From Bacteroidales bacterium (lineage in GTDB: Bacteria > Bacteroidota > Bacteroidia > Bacteroidales > VadinHA17), in assembly GCA_025454755.1 (NCBI GenBank), contig JALONV010000004.1:2594-66593 (forward strand): a stretch of DNA of 64,000 bases, read 5' to 3'. Both the position numbers and the translations under genes were made by a program. Each line of letters opens with the position of its first letter. Position 1 is the stretch's first letter. A model generated the notes under the pieces. That model searched no databases, was not told where the DNA came from, and was given only the letters and a program-made list of their open reading frames with translations. Shown here piece by piece: positions 1 to 7,005 of this stretch.

Positions 1-1401
1 GGAACAAAGGGAGGATTTGCAGTAGGAGGTTTCGGAACAGACAAGGCCCCGTCGCAGAATCTTCTGTTTATCAGTAATGACAGTATCCGGGCTTACATTG
101 ACGCAACACCGGGAAAGGGAACAAAAGGCGGATTTGCTGTTGGAGGATTTGATGTCACAAAAGCGTCGACACAGGATATGCTGGTTGTAAGCGGGGATAG
201 TATCAGGGCTTATATCGATGACAGCGCAGGCAAGGGGACGAAAGGAGGCTTTGCAGTAGGAGGCTTTGACGCTTCAAAGGGACTGGCTGATAATTATATG
301 CATATCGATGCTGACAGCACAAGGTTCTATCTTCACGAGCTTGCAAAGGGAGGATCATCGACGTTTAATATTGTAGGAATTAATGCCGATCAGACTCAAA
401 CCATTTTAATGACTGCCAACAAAGATACAGTAGATATCGGCGCCGTGCTTAACGTCCAGAATAACCTCAATGTAACAGGAAATATAGGGTACACAGGAGA
501 TGTTAAACTGGTGGTTCCAACGGTATATATGATGGAGCCCGGCAATGTATTTGAGACTTCAGTCATGATCGAATCAGAAGTAATGGACGATGGAGGCTCA
601 CCTGTCCTGGCAAGGGGTGTTGTCTGGAGCACTTTGCCAGATCCCACTGTTGCACTTCCCACAAAAACTGTTGACGGAACTGCCCTGGGGATACTCTCCA
701 GCAATATAACGGGTCTCACCCCGGGCACGACATATTATGTGAAAGCTTATGCGACCAATGCAAACGGGACCGGCTATAGTAATGAGATTACAATAACAAC
801 ACCTCTGGCCGGTTCAACTGTAACCGATATCGACGGCAACCTGTATAATACTGTATTGATAGGTACTCAGACATGGATGGTACAGAACCTTAAGACAACA
901 AGGTATAATGACGGAGTTCCTATTCCGTGTGTAAAAGCCGACGCATCCTGGATGGCCCTTGCTACAGGAGGTTATACCTGGTACAATAACGACTCACTCA
1001 CCTATGCAGATTACGGGATGCTGTACAACTGGCCGACAGTAAATACTGGCATTTTGTGCCCAACAGGATGGCATGTACCAACTGATACAGAGTGGTTAAC
1101 ACTATCCGCATTCCTTGGAGGTACCAATGTTGCCGGCGGTAAGCTCAAAGAGGTCGATACCGCACACTGGCTCTCACCTAACATTGGTGCAACAAACGAA
1201 ACAGGATTTACAGCCCTGCCGGGAGGTTTGCGCGGATATATGGGACCATTCATGGATATCGGTACATCGGCTAATTTCTGGACTTCATCAATGATATCCG
1301 TTGATCCGGCCAACGTTATCCTGAACACCAACAACGCACAAATGACAATTGGCCAGATCATGTCGGGTATGGGCCATTCTGTCCGCTGTATAAAGAGCTA
1401 A
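1..1401 (+). CDS. FISUMP (Fibrobacter succinogenes major paralogous) domain protein, 5'-partial, with 39-aa tandem repeats and an FN3-like segment
   Basis: Frame 1 is open from nt 1, and the ORF track starts at internal Met 178. Tandem 117-nt units (GTKGGFAVGGF...DSIRAYID) begin at 1, 118 and 235. The C-terminal ~190 aa carry FISUMP motifs: DIDGNLYNTVLIGTQTWMVQNL, YGMLYNW, CPTGWHVPTDTEW, GFTALPGG, ANFWTSS, SVRCIK. Confidence 0.8.
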   Translation, partial: GTKGGFAVGGFGTDKAPSQNLLFISNDSIRAYIDATPGKGTKGGFAVGGFDVTKASTQDMLVVSGDSIRAYIDDSAGKGTKGGFAVGGFDASKGLADNYMHIDADSTRFYLHELAKGGSSTFNIVGINADQTQTILMTANKDTVDIGAVLNVQNNLNVTGNIGYTGDVKLVVPTVYMMEPGNVFETSVMIESEVMDDGGSPVLARGVVWSTLPDPTVALPTKTVDGTALGILSSNITGLTPGTTYYVKAYATNANGTGYSNEITITTPLAGSTVTDIDGNLYNTVLIGTQTWMVQNLKTTRYNDGVPIPCVKADASWMALATGGYTWYNNDSLTYADYGMLYNWPTVNTGILCPTGWHVPTDTEWLTLSAFLGGTNVAGGKLKEVDTAHWLSPNIGATNETGFTALPGGLRGYMGPFMDIGTSANFWTSSMISVDPANVILNTNNAQMTIGQIMSGMGHSVRCIKS

Positions 1402-1469
1402 AGAACAGAGTTTGCGTTTTTCATGTATTAAATCTAAATTAGCTTATTACATTAAACATTTATCTGATT

Positions 1470-2056
1470 ATGAGAAAGTTAGTCTTACTATTCTTCTTTT
1501 TTCCATTACTTTGTTCAGCACAGACTAAGTGCCTGTTGTTTATTTTGGAGCTGATTTTTCAAGAGTTCAGTTTACAAAAGCGGATGAGTTTACCAATAAA
1601 CCCGAAATTCTGAGGTTCTTCGTCGATTGTAATAATTTTGTTAATACAAAGGGTATCCTGAACATTATGGCCAAAAGACTGGAGAGAGACTCGATTCCTT
1701 CTGACATTTCTTATGTTACAAAGAACAATGCAATGGTCGACTGGCAGAAAGTTCATACTGACAATGTGGATTATTCTATTTCAGATGAAGAGATAGGAGA
1801 AATGATTAAAGTACTGAACATAGATCAGTCAGTATATAAGGACCATATAGGTATTCTATTATGCGAAGAGAACTATTGCAAAACAAAACCCCTCCAGACT
1901 ATTGCAATCGTATTTTTCAGAGTCAATGATCTTAGTCCTCTTTTTATTAAGCACTATACTCCCAAGCCTGGAGGATTCGGCTTCCTGAGTTACTGGGCAA
2001 CTAATAATGCATACGTTATGGGTTCTGTTGGCAAGCTCAGGAAAGAAGTTGAATAG
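1470..2056 (+). pseudogene. Hypothetical secreted protein, apparently frame-split between a signal-peptide ORF and the body ORF
   Basis: ATG at 1470 (frame 3) encodes a typical Bacteroidota signal peptide, MRKLVLLFFFFPLLCSAQTK, but runs into a stop at 1611-1613. The 175-aa body ORF (1529-2056, frame 2) begins right after an in-frame TAA (1526-1528) at a GTG and has no signal peptide of its own. Confidence 0.45.
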
Positions 2057-2283
2057 GCTGAACAGTCTGTATACTAAATAATTAAGTATGACCTGTGCGG
2101 CTGTGTAAAATAGTAATGGTAAATATATCTGCTGTCAGAAGTTACAGGAATCTGACTGACTCCGGTTAAAACAGGAATTAGCAGGATCCATCATCCAGCC
2201 AAGGCCCTGACTATTTGAGATCAGACATTGGGGAAAGAGGAAGATTAAAGTCAGTACTATTTTGGTGCGCATATCAATGCTTT

Positions 2284-2802
2284 TTATTGAGGCAGGTATC
2301 CAACCCTCGGACCTGCAGTTTTTCGAAGCAGTAATTCTGTAAAGCCTTCTTTTATAAAATTATCAAGTTCGCCAACCAGTTTAAAGCCAAATTCATGATA
2401 TAGTTTTATTGCACCTTTATTAAAAGAAGAAACACAGATAAATACATTTGGTGAGAATTTCAGGATCCTTTCCTCACAAAATTCCAGGAGTTTTGTTCCA
2501 AATCCCCTGCCTCTGAAGTCTTCTCTTATACAGATTGTCTGTATGTATCCATCATCAAGCCTGATTTGATACTCTCGTATTTTCCCTTTACCAACGCTCC
2601 AATTAATTGACCCAACTATAGTTAAAACCAGCCCTACTGTGGTGAGGAACGGAATAGAACAGGGTGTGGAGCAGGGAAACAGGGGTGTGTCCCAGGTGTG
2701 GCGGGAATATGGAGTGCAGGGTAGAAGGGGAGATAAGGGTGAATTATGAATGAGGGGGAGAAAAGAAACAAGACCAAAGACCAAAGAGAAGGTGCAGGGC
2801 AC
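2284..2802 (-). pseudogene. GNAT family N-acetyltransferase, N-terminally truncated remnant; only ~2284-2610 looks like GNAT
   Basis: The C-terminal ~105 aa have the GNAT core (YIQTICIREDFRGRGFGTKLLEF, AIKLYHEFGFK). The N-terminal ~65 aa of the ORF (PCTFSLVFGLVSFLPLIHNSPLSPLLPCTPY...) translate a strongly pyrimidine-rich low-complexity tract, and the usual N-terminal GNAT strands are missing. Confidence 0.5.
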
Positions 2803-2876
2803 TAAAAAGGTACCAGGCTGCTCCAGAAGAAGTCGTTGTACCTTATATCAATGCGTACATGTAAAAAAAAATATTT

Positions 2877-3389
2877 TCAGGATTGCTTGAAACCAATTTT
2901 TGGCCTTGGTTCATTGTTTTCTCTTGTCATTTGCTGCAACGCCGTGAAAATAATTCTGAACTGTTCATCATACTTGTGTTCAAGCTTTTCCATTTTATCA
3001 GCAAGATCTTTATGAATCTTAAGCAGTTGTCTCAGTTTTACAAAAGTCCGTAGGATTTCAATATTGACTTGCACAGCCACATTGCTGTTCAAAATACTTG
3101 AGAGCATAGCAATACCCTGTTCCGTGAAAGCAAACGGTTTTGAACCTCCCAATACCTTCTTCGATGGTATCACATTTTGTGATACCAGAATATCAATTTC
3201 ATCATTTCTAAGCTCAAACATAAAATCAGGCGGAAATCTTCGCAGATTTCTTCTTACAGACTGCTTTAAAACTCTGGTTTCCAGCATATAAAGTTTTGCA
3301 AGATCAGTGTCCAGCATCACTTTTTCACCCCGGATAAAGTAAATGAAACTGGCAAGGGTCTCTTCTCTCAGAGCAGGTAACTTACTCAT
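2877..3389 (-). CDS. ORF6N domain (KilA-N-like DNA-binding) protein
   Basis: IRGEKVMLDTDLAKLYMLETRVLKQSVRRNLRRFPPDFMFEL ... GGSKPFAFTEQGIAMLSSILNS is the characteristic ORF6N signature. The C-terminus is coiled-coil-like. Confidence 0.85.
   Translation of the reverse strand: MSKLPALREETLASFIYFIRGEKVMLDTDLAKLYMLETRVLKQSVRRNLRRFPPDFMFELRNDEIDILVSQNVIPSKKVLGGSKPFAFTEQGIAMLSSILNSNVAVQVNIEILRTFVKLRQLLKIHKDLADKMEKLEHKYDEQFRIIFTALQQMTRENNEPRPKIGFKQS
3166..3186. promoter_or_regulatory. Perfect 9-3-9 palindrome ggtatcaca-ttt-tgtgatacc inside the ORF6N CDS
   Basis: Read directly from the sequence. The arms are identical to those of the palindrome at 3398-3418. Confidence 0.4.
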
Positions 3390-3397
3390 AATCTGAT

Positions 3398-3418
3398 GGT
3401 ATCACAATCTGTGATACC
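3398..3418. promoter_or_regulatory. Perfect 9-3-9 palindrome ggtatcaca-atc-tgtgatacc, 8 nt upstream of the ORF6N start codon (candidate operator)
   Basis: Read directly from the sequence. The arms match 3166-3186, and both copies continue with atc on the gene-sense strand. Confidence 0.4.
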
Positions 3419-3577
3419 TTATTTATGTCCTGAAGATTCTTATACACAGCGAGTATATAAAACAAATTTAAGGAAAATCTTAAAATAAATATTGGTGATC
3501 AGAAAATATAAGAGGAGAACCGAGGAAGGCGATAGCCTGACAAGCTCGCCTAAGGTAAATGAACATTAATCAAAAAA

Positions 3578-3894
3578 AGAGAGGGACGGGCAGGACCGAC
3601 CGTTAAGAAATTAGCCAGTGGCTAATTTCAGGGAGGATCCAGCTGGAGCGTTGATCCCTGTGGGCTATTTCAGCGAAGGATCCGGAATTGAGCGGTGAGA
3701 ACCCCCGGTTCATGGATTACCTCCTCTCTTCGTTCGTCGGTGATCCCTCAGGCAGGTGCTTCAAAGGCATCAGATCAGTCCACCCCTGCGGGGCGGTTTT
3801 TGTTTTATTCAAATCCCTCACTGAAACAAGTTTTGTTCGGGTTTTTCATAAAACAAAAATCCCGCAACAAGCTGCGGGACTGATCTGATGCCTT
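3578..3894. repeat. tRNA-Ser-associated repeat unit, copy 1 (distal, slightly decayed, with an extra ~45-nt insert)
   Basis: 3699-3908 matches 3973-4182 with 3 mismatches in 210 nt and no indels. The left part, 3581-3698, is a diverged and expanded version of 3906-3972. Confidence 0.85.
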
Positions 3895-3907
3895 TGGCGG
3901 AGAAAGA

Positions 3908-4080
3908 GAGGGCCGACCGTTAAGAAATTGCCCTGTGGGCAATTTTAGGGAGGAGCCGGGATTGCGGGGAGGGAACCCCCGGTTCATGGATTACCTCCTC
4001 TCTTCGTTCGTCGGTGATCCCTCAGGCAGGTGCTTCAAAGGCATCAGATCAGTCCACCCCTGCGGGGTGGTTTTTGTTTT
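3908..4080 (+). ncRNA. Candidate structured small RNA of unknown class (copy 2). The strand is uncertain, and a paralogous copy lies at ~3581-3806.
   Basis: A closing helix pairs gaggg-ccgac (3908-3917) with gtcgg-tgat-ccctc (4010-4023). A 7-bp hairpin at 3927-3943 shows two compensatory pair changes relative to copy 1 (3610-3626). An intrinsic terminator lies at 4054-4080. No coding potential is credible. Confidence 0.3.
4054..4080 (+). terminator. Intrinsic terminator (ccacccc-tgc-ggggtgg followed by tttttgtttt)
   Basis: A perfect 7-bp GC-rich stem is followed by a T-run. The copy-1 equivalent (3780-3806) has one stem mismatch. Confidence 0.6.
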
Positions 4081-4123
4081 ATTCAAATCCCTCACTGAAA
4101 CAAGTTTCGTTCGGGTTTTTCAT

Positions 4124-4153
4124 AAAACAAAAATCCCGCAGCAAGCTGCGGGA
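4124..4153 (-). terminator. Intrinsic terminator of tRNA-Ser (tcccgcagc-tt-gctgcggga followed by tttttgtttt on the minus strand)
   Basis: A perfect 9-bp stem sits 15 nt downstream of the tRNA 3' end, followed by a T-run. The copy-1 equivalent (3850-3879) has one stem mismatch. Confidence 0.7.
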
Positions 4154-4168
4154 CTGATCTGATGCCTT

Positions 4169-4260
4169 TGGCGGAGAAAGAGGGATTCGAACCCCCGGTT
4201 CCGCGGATGCAGAACAACGGTTTTCAAGACCGCCGCATTCGACCACTCTGCCATTTCTCC
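4169..4260 (-). tRNA. tRNA-Ser (anticodon UGA) with encoded CCA
   Basis: Minus strand: GGAGAAATGGCAGAGTGGTCGAATGCGGCGGTCTTGAAAACCGTTGTTCTGCATCCGCGGAACCGGGGGTTCGAATCCCTCTTTCTCCGCCA. The acceptor stem is GGAGAAA/TTTCTCC, the anticodon loop is CTTGAAA, the variable arm is long (class II), and the T-loop is TTCGAAT. Confidence 0.95.
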
Positions 4261-4595
4261 AGATAATATTTTTTTGATTTTAGGTAGTTTTTAATGCGAT
4301 GCGGCTGATATTTCACAACTCAACTTCGGTCCCGAATGACATATATAATTAATAAATATTGACTGTTATCCCGGATGAATTGTAACTCTATAAGGATTTT
4401 ACGTATGTAAGTAATTAAAAATCAGTATTATATAAACTTTATAAACATTATGTCAACAAAATCCGGCATAAGGTATGTCTCAAATTAACGACTGGTGCGG
4501 ATGTGCGACATTTTACCCTAAACTGCATTTTTATCAAAAAAAAGAGGACTTTTAACCTAAAAACCGCATTATTTGTGGAAAAACGACAAAATAAA

Positions 4596-4626
4596 TTTGC
4601 ACATGAATTAAAATGAAATAAATTTG
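4596..4626 (+). promoter_or_regulatory. Candidate Bacteroidota sigma-A-type promoter for the HU gene (-33 TTTG at 4596-4599, -7 TAAATTTG at 4619-4626)
   Basis: The motifs match the published Bacteroides consensus TTTG / TAnnTTTG with 19-nt spacing, 44 nt upstream of the ATG at 4670. Confidence 0.45.
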
Positions 4627-4669
4627 TATTCAATAAGTAGAAATGGTCTAACCTTTAATTTTTATTATC

Positions 4670-4939
4670 ATGACAAAGAAAGATTTAGTTGCTTCTATTG
4701 CAAAGGATTCAGGTCTCTCTATTAAAGATGCTGGAAAATCCCTGAATTCATTTGTTACTGCTGTTGGAAAATCAATGAAAAAAGGCCAGAGGCTTCAGCT
4801 TCCGGGTCTTGGCACATTCAAAGTAGTTAAAAGAAGTGCAAGAGTTGTTCGCAACCCACGTACTGGCGCTAAACTGAACGTTCCTGCCAAGAAAGTCGTT
4901 AAATTCAAAGCAGCTCCTGCTCTCGACAAAGGTCTTTAA
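4670..4939 (+). CDS. hup: HU family DNA-binding protein
   Basis: An 89-aa protein with MTKKDLVASIAK...LPGLGTFKVVKRSARVVRNPRTGAKLNVPAKKVVKFKAAPAL, the classic HU/IHF fold signature. Confidence 0.9.
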   Translation: MTKKDLVASIAKDSGLSIKDAGKSLNSFVTAVGKSMKKGQRLQLPGLGTFKVVKRSARVVRNPRTGAKLNVPAKKVVKFKAAPALDKGL

Positions 4940-4960
4940 TCTTAAGTGATTGAGATTGCT

Positions 4961-4988
4961 GAGGGGTGTTTCGACACCCCTTTTTTTT
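4961..4988 (+). terminator. Intrinsic terminator after the HU gene
   Basis: A ggggtg-tttcga-cacccc hairpin is followed by T8. Confidence 0.75.
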
Positions 4989-5078
4989 GCCCTGATGTCA
5001 ACTAAAATCCGATTGTTAAAATTTGTGAAAGTTTTTTTACTATTTTTGATTACTTTAACCCGGCCTAAATCGTAGCGA

Positions 5079-5786
5079 ATGAATTGCATCATCGTCGACG
5101 ACGACAAAATGAGCTGTAAACTACTCGAAGGTTTTGTGAAGAAATCCACATCCCTTAACCTCTTGGGTACTTACAGTGATTCAATCGCTGCCAGGAACAT
5201 TCTTACCGAGCGGAAGGATATTGACCTGATAATCCTCGATATAGAAATGCCCGAGATGAACGGCTTCGACTTTATCGGAAGCCTCGACTTCCCGCCTAAT
5301 ATTATAATAGTTACATCAGCTGAAGAATATGCACTGAAAGCTTTCGATTTCAACGTCGTCGATTACCTCCTGAAACCGGTAAGCTACGGACGCTTCTGCA
5401 AGGCTATAGATAAAACAGTAAGATACTTTTCAAGAAAAGAATCAGCCAATACGGGCGATGAGGAGATCTTTATTAAAAAGGGTTCCTCACTCGTCAAACT
5501 CAAACTGAAAGATATAATCTATATTGAAGCTCTTGAAAATTATGTCACCCTGACAACCCACGATGATAAGTTCACCATTCATTTTACAATGAAGGCTATT
5601 GAGAACCAGCTGCCATCCGGCATATTCATCAGGGTACACCGGTCATTCATTATAAATAAAAGCATGATCCAGGCCATAAAGGAGAACTCACTCGACCTGA
5701 CTGTCGGAGACACCATCAAGAGCATACCTGTCGGGAAATCATTCAGAGATGATCTTCTGAACGATATTAATGTGATGGCCAGGTAA
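5079..5786 (+). CDS. LytTR family two-component response regulator
   Basis: An N-terminal receiver (IIVDDD, DLIILDIEMPEMNGF, LLKP) is followed by a C-terminal LytTR domain (IIYIEALENYVTL...IRVHRSFIINK). Confidence 0.85.
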   Translation: MNCIIVDDDKMSCKLLEGFVKKSTSLNLLGTYSDSIAARNILTERKDIDLIILDIEMPEMNGFDFIGSLDFPPNIIIVTSAEEYALKAFDFNVVDYLLKPVSYGRFCKAIDKTVRYFSRKESANTGDEEIFIKKGSSLVKLKLKDIIYIEALENYVTLTTHDDKFTIHFTMKAIENQLPSGIFIRVHRSFIINKSMIQAIKENSLDLTVGDTIKSIPVGKSFRDDLLNDINVMAR

Positions 5787-5799
5787 TTTCATCTTTTAA

Positions 5800-7005
5800 A
5801 TGCTTAGCAACCGCCAACTTTTCCTGCTTCACCTCGGACAGACCTCAACTGCCCCGATGATGCTTGAAATTGAAAAAGCCGAAGGTGTTTTTCTGTACGG
5901 TACTTCCGGAGAGAAATATATCGACCTCATATCAGGTGTCTCAGTCAGCAATACAGGACACAGACATCCCAGGGTGGTGGAAGCCGTGAAGAACCAGGTC
6001 GATTCATACCTGCACCTTATGGTATATGGCGAGATGATCCAGAATCCGCAGGTGAGGTATGCAGCAAAACTTGCCGGTATTCTCCCTGAAGATCTTTCAT
6101 GCATATATTTCGTAAACTCGGGAAGTGAAGCGGTGGAGGGTGCGCTAAAGCTCGCAAAAAGATATACAGGCAGAAGCAGGATAGTATATTTCACCAACTC
6201 ATATCATGGCAGCACCCATGCTGCACTGAGCGTACAGGGGAACGAAACATACAGGAATGAATTCCGTCCGCTGCTGCCCGATACTATCCGGATCGACTTC
6301 AACGATTTTAAGTCACTGGATACTATTGATGAGCATACAGCCTGCGTGATTGCAGAGCCTATACAGGGGGAAGCCGGAGTCATTCTTCCTGAAAAGGGAT
6401 TCCTTGAAACCCTGAAGAAGAGATGTACAGAACAGAGAGCGCTTCTGATCTTCGATGAGGTTCAGACCGGATTCGGCCGCACCGGAACCATGTTTGCAAT
6501 CGACAGGTTTAACGTTGTTCCCGATATCCTTGTTCTGGCTAAAGCTCTTGGAGGAGGGATGCCCCTGGGCGCATTCATCTCATCGGGAAAGATAATGTCG
6601 TCGCTCATAAATAATCCGCAGCTAGGACACATAACAACTTTTGGAGGTCATCCTGTATGCTGTGCGGCCGGTCTCGCATCGCTTGAAGTGATAATTGAGG
6701 AGAAGCTTGCTGAATCATGCGCCGGAAAATCCGCACTGTTCCGGAAAGAGCTGGATCATCCGCTGATAACTGAAATAAGAGGCGAAGGCCTGTTGCTCGC
6801 AGTTCAGCTTAAAAACAGGGAGTATGTTCAATATGCGATTACCCATGCTCCCGGACATGGCCTGGTACTTGACTATTTTCTGTTCTGCAGTGATGCTTTC
6901 AGGATAGCTCCGCCTCTTGTTATAAGCAATAACGAAATAAAACAAGCATGCCGGCAGTTATTATCATTGCTGGATGATGCACAGAAAAATGTCAATATCC
7001 GATGA
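5800..7005 (+). CDS. Class III (acetylornithine/ornithine-type) PLP-dependent aminotransferase
   Basis: Motifs: GVSVSNTGHRHPRVVEAV, NSGSEAVEGALKLAKRYTGR, LIFDEVQTGFGRTG, LAKALGGGMPLGAF. Confidence 0.85.
   Translation: MLSNRQLFLLHLGQTSTAPMMLEIEKAEGVFLYGTSGEKYIDLISGVSVSNTGHRHPRVVEAVKNQVDSYLHLMVYGEMIQNPQVRYAAKLAGILPEDLSCIYFVNSGSEAVEGALKLAKRYTGRSRIVYFTNSYHGSTHAALSVQGNETYRNEFRPLLPDTIRIDFNDFKSLDTIDEHTACVIAEPIQGEAGVILPEKGFLETLKKRCTEQRALLIFDEVQTGFGRTGTMFAIDRFNVVPDILVLAKALGGGMPLGAFISSGKIMSSLINNPQLGHITTFGGHPVCCAAGLASLEVIIEEKLAESCAGKSALFRKELDHPLITEIRGEGLLLAVQLKNREYVQYAITHAPGHGLVLDYFLFCSDAFRIAPPLVISNNEIKQACRQLLSLLDDAQKNVNIR

Larger units (their letters stand above)
3895..4168. repeat. tRNA-Ser-associated repeat unit, copy 2 (proximal), starting with a 14-nt copy of the tRNA 3' end
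   Basis: tggcggagaaagag at 3895-3908 equals the tRNA 3' end at 4169-4182, giving a 274-bp period. Confidence 0.85.

Noticed and set aside
1000-1401. Possible diversity-generating retroelement target, since the C-terminal lectin-like FISUMP domain resembles DGR variable-protein folds
   Set aside because: I found no reverse transcriptase and no template-repeat copy of the 3' end of the gene anywhere in the window.
3953-3985. Resemblance of gagccggg...cccggttc to group II intron domain V (AGC triad with a G-U wobble)
   Set aside because: The upper helix and GNRA loop of domain V are absent. Copy 1 (3679-3711) does not conserve the AGC triad. There is no intron-encoded protein and there are no other intron domains.
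3986-4000. ggattacctcctc resembling the 16S rRNA 3' end (GGATCACCTCCTT)
   Set aside because: It is a short, imperfect match with no other rRNA sequence around it, most likely a coincidence within a purine/pyrimidine-rich helix.
3688-4162. ORFs 3688-3888, 3695-3883, 3805-3987(-) and 3935-4162, including two 'paralogous' 66/75-aa proteins
   Set aside because: They are translations of the tandem repeat units. They run straight through intrinsic-terminator hairpins and T-runs, have no start context and have odd composition. The similarity between them reflects the DNA repeat rather than protein conservation.
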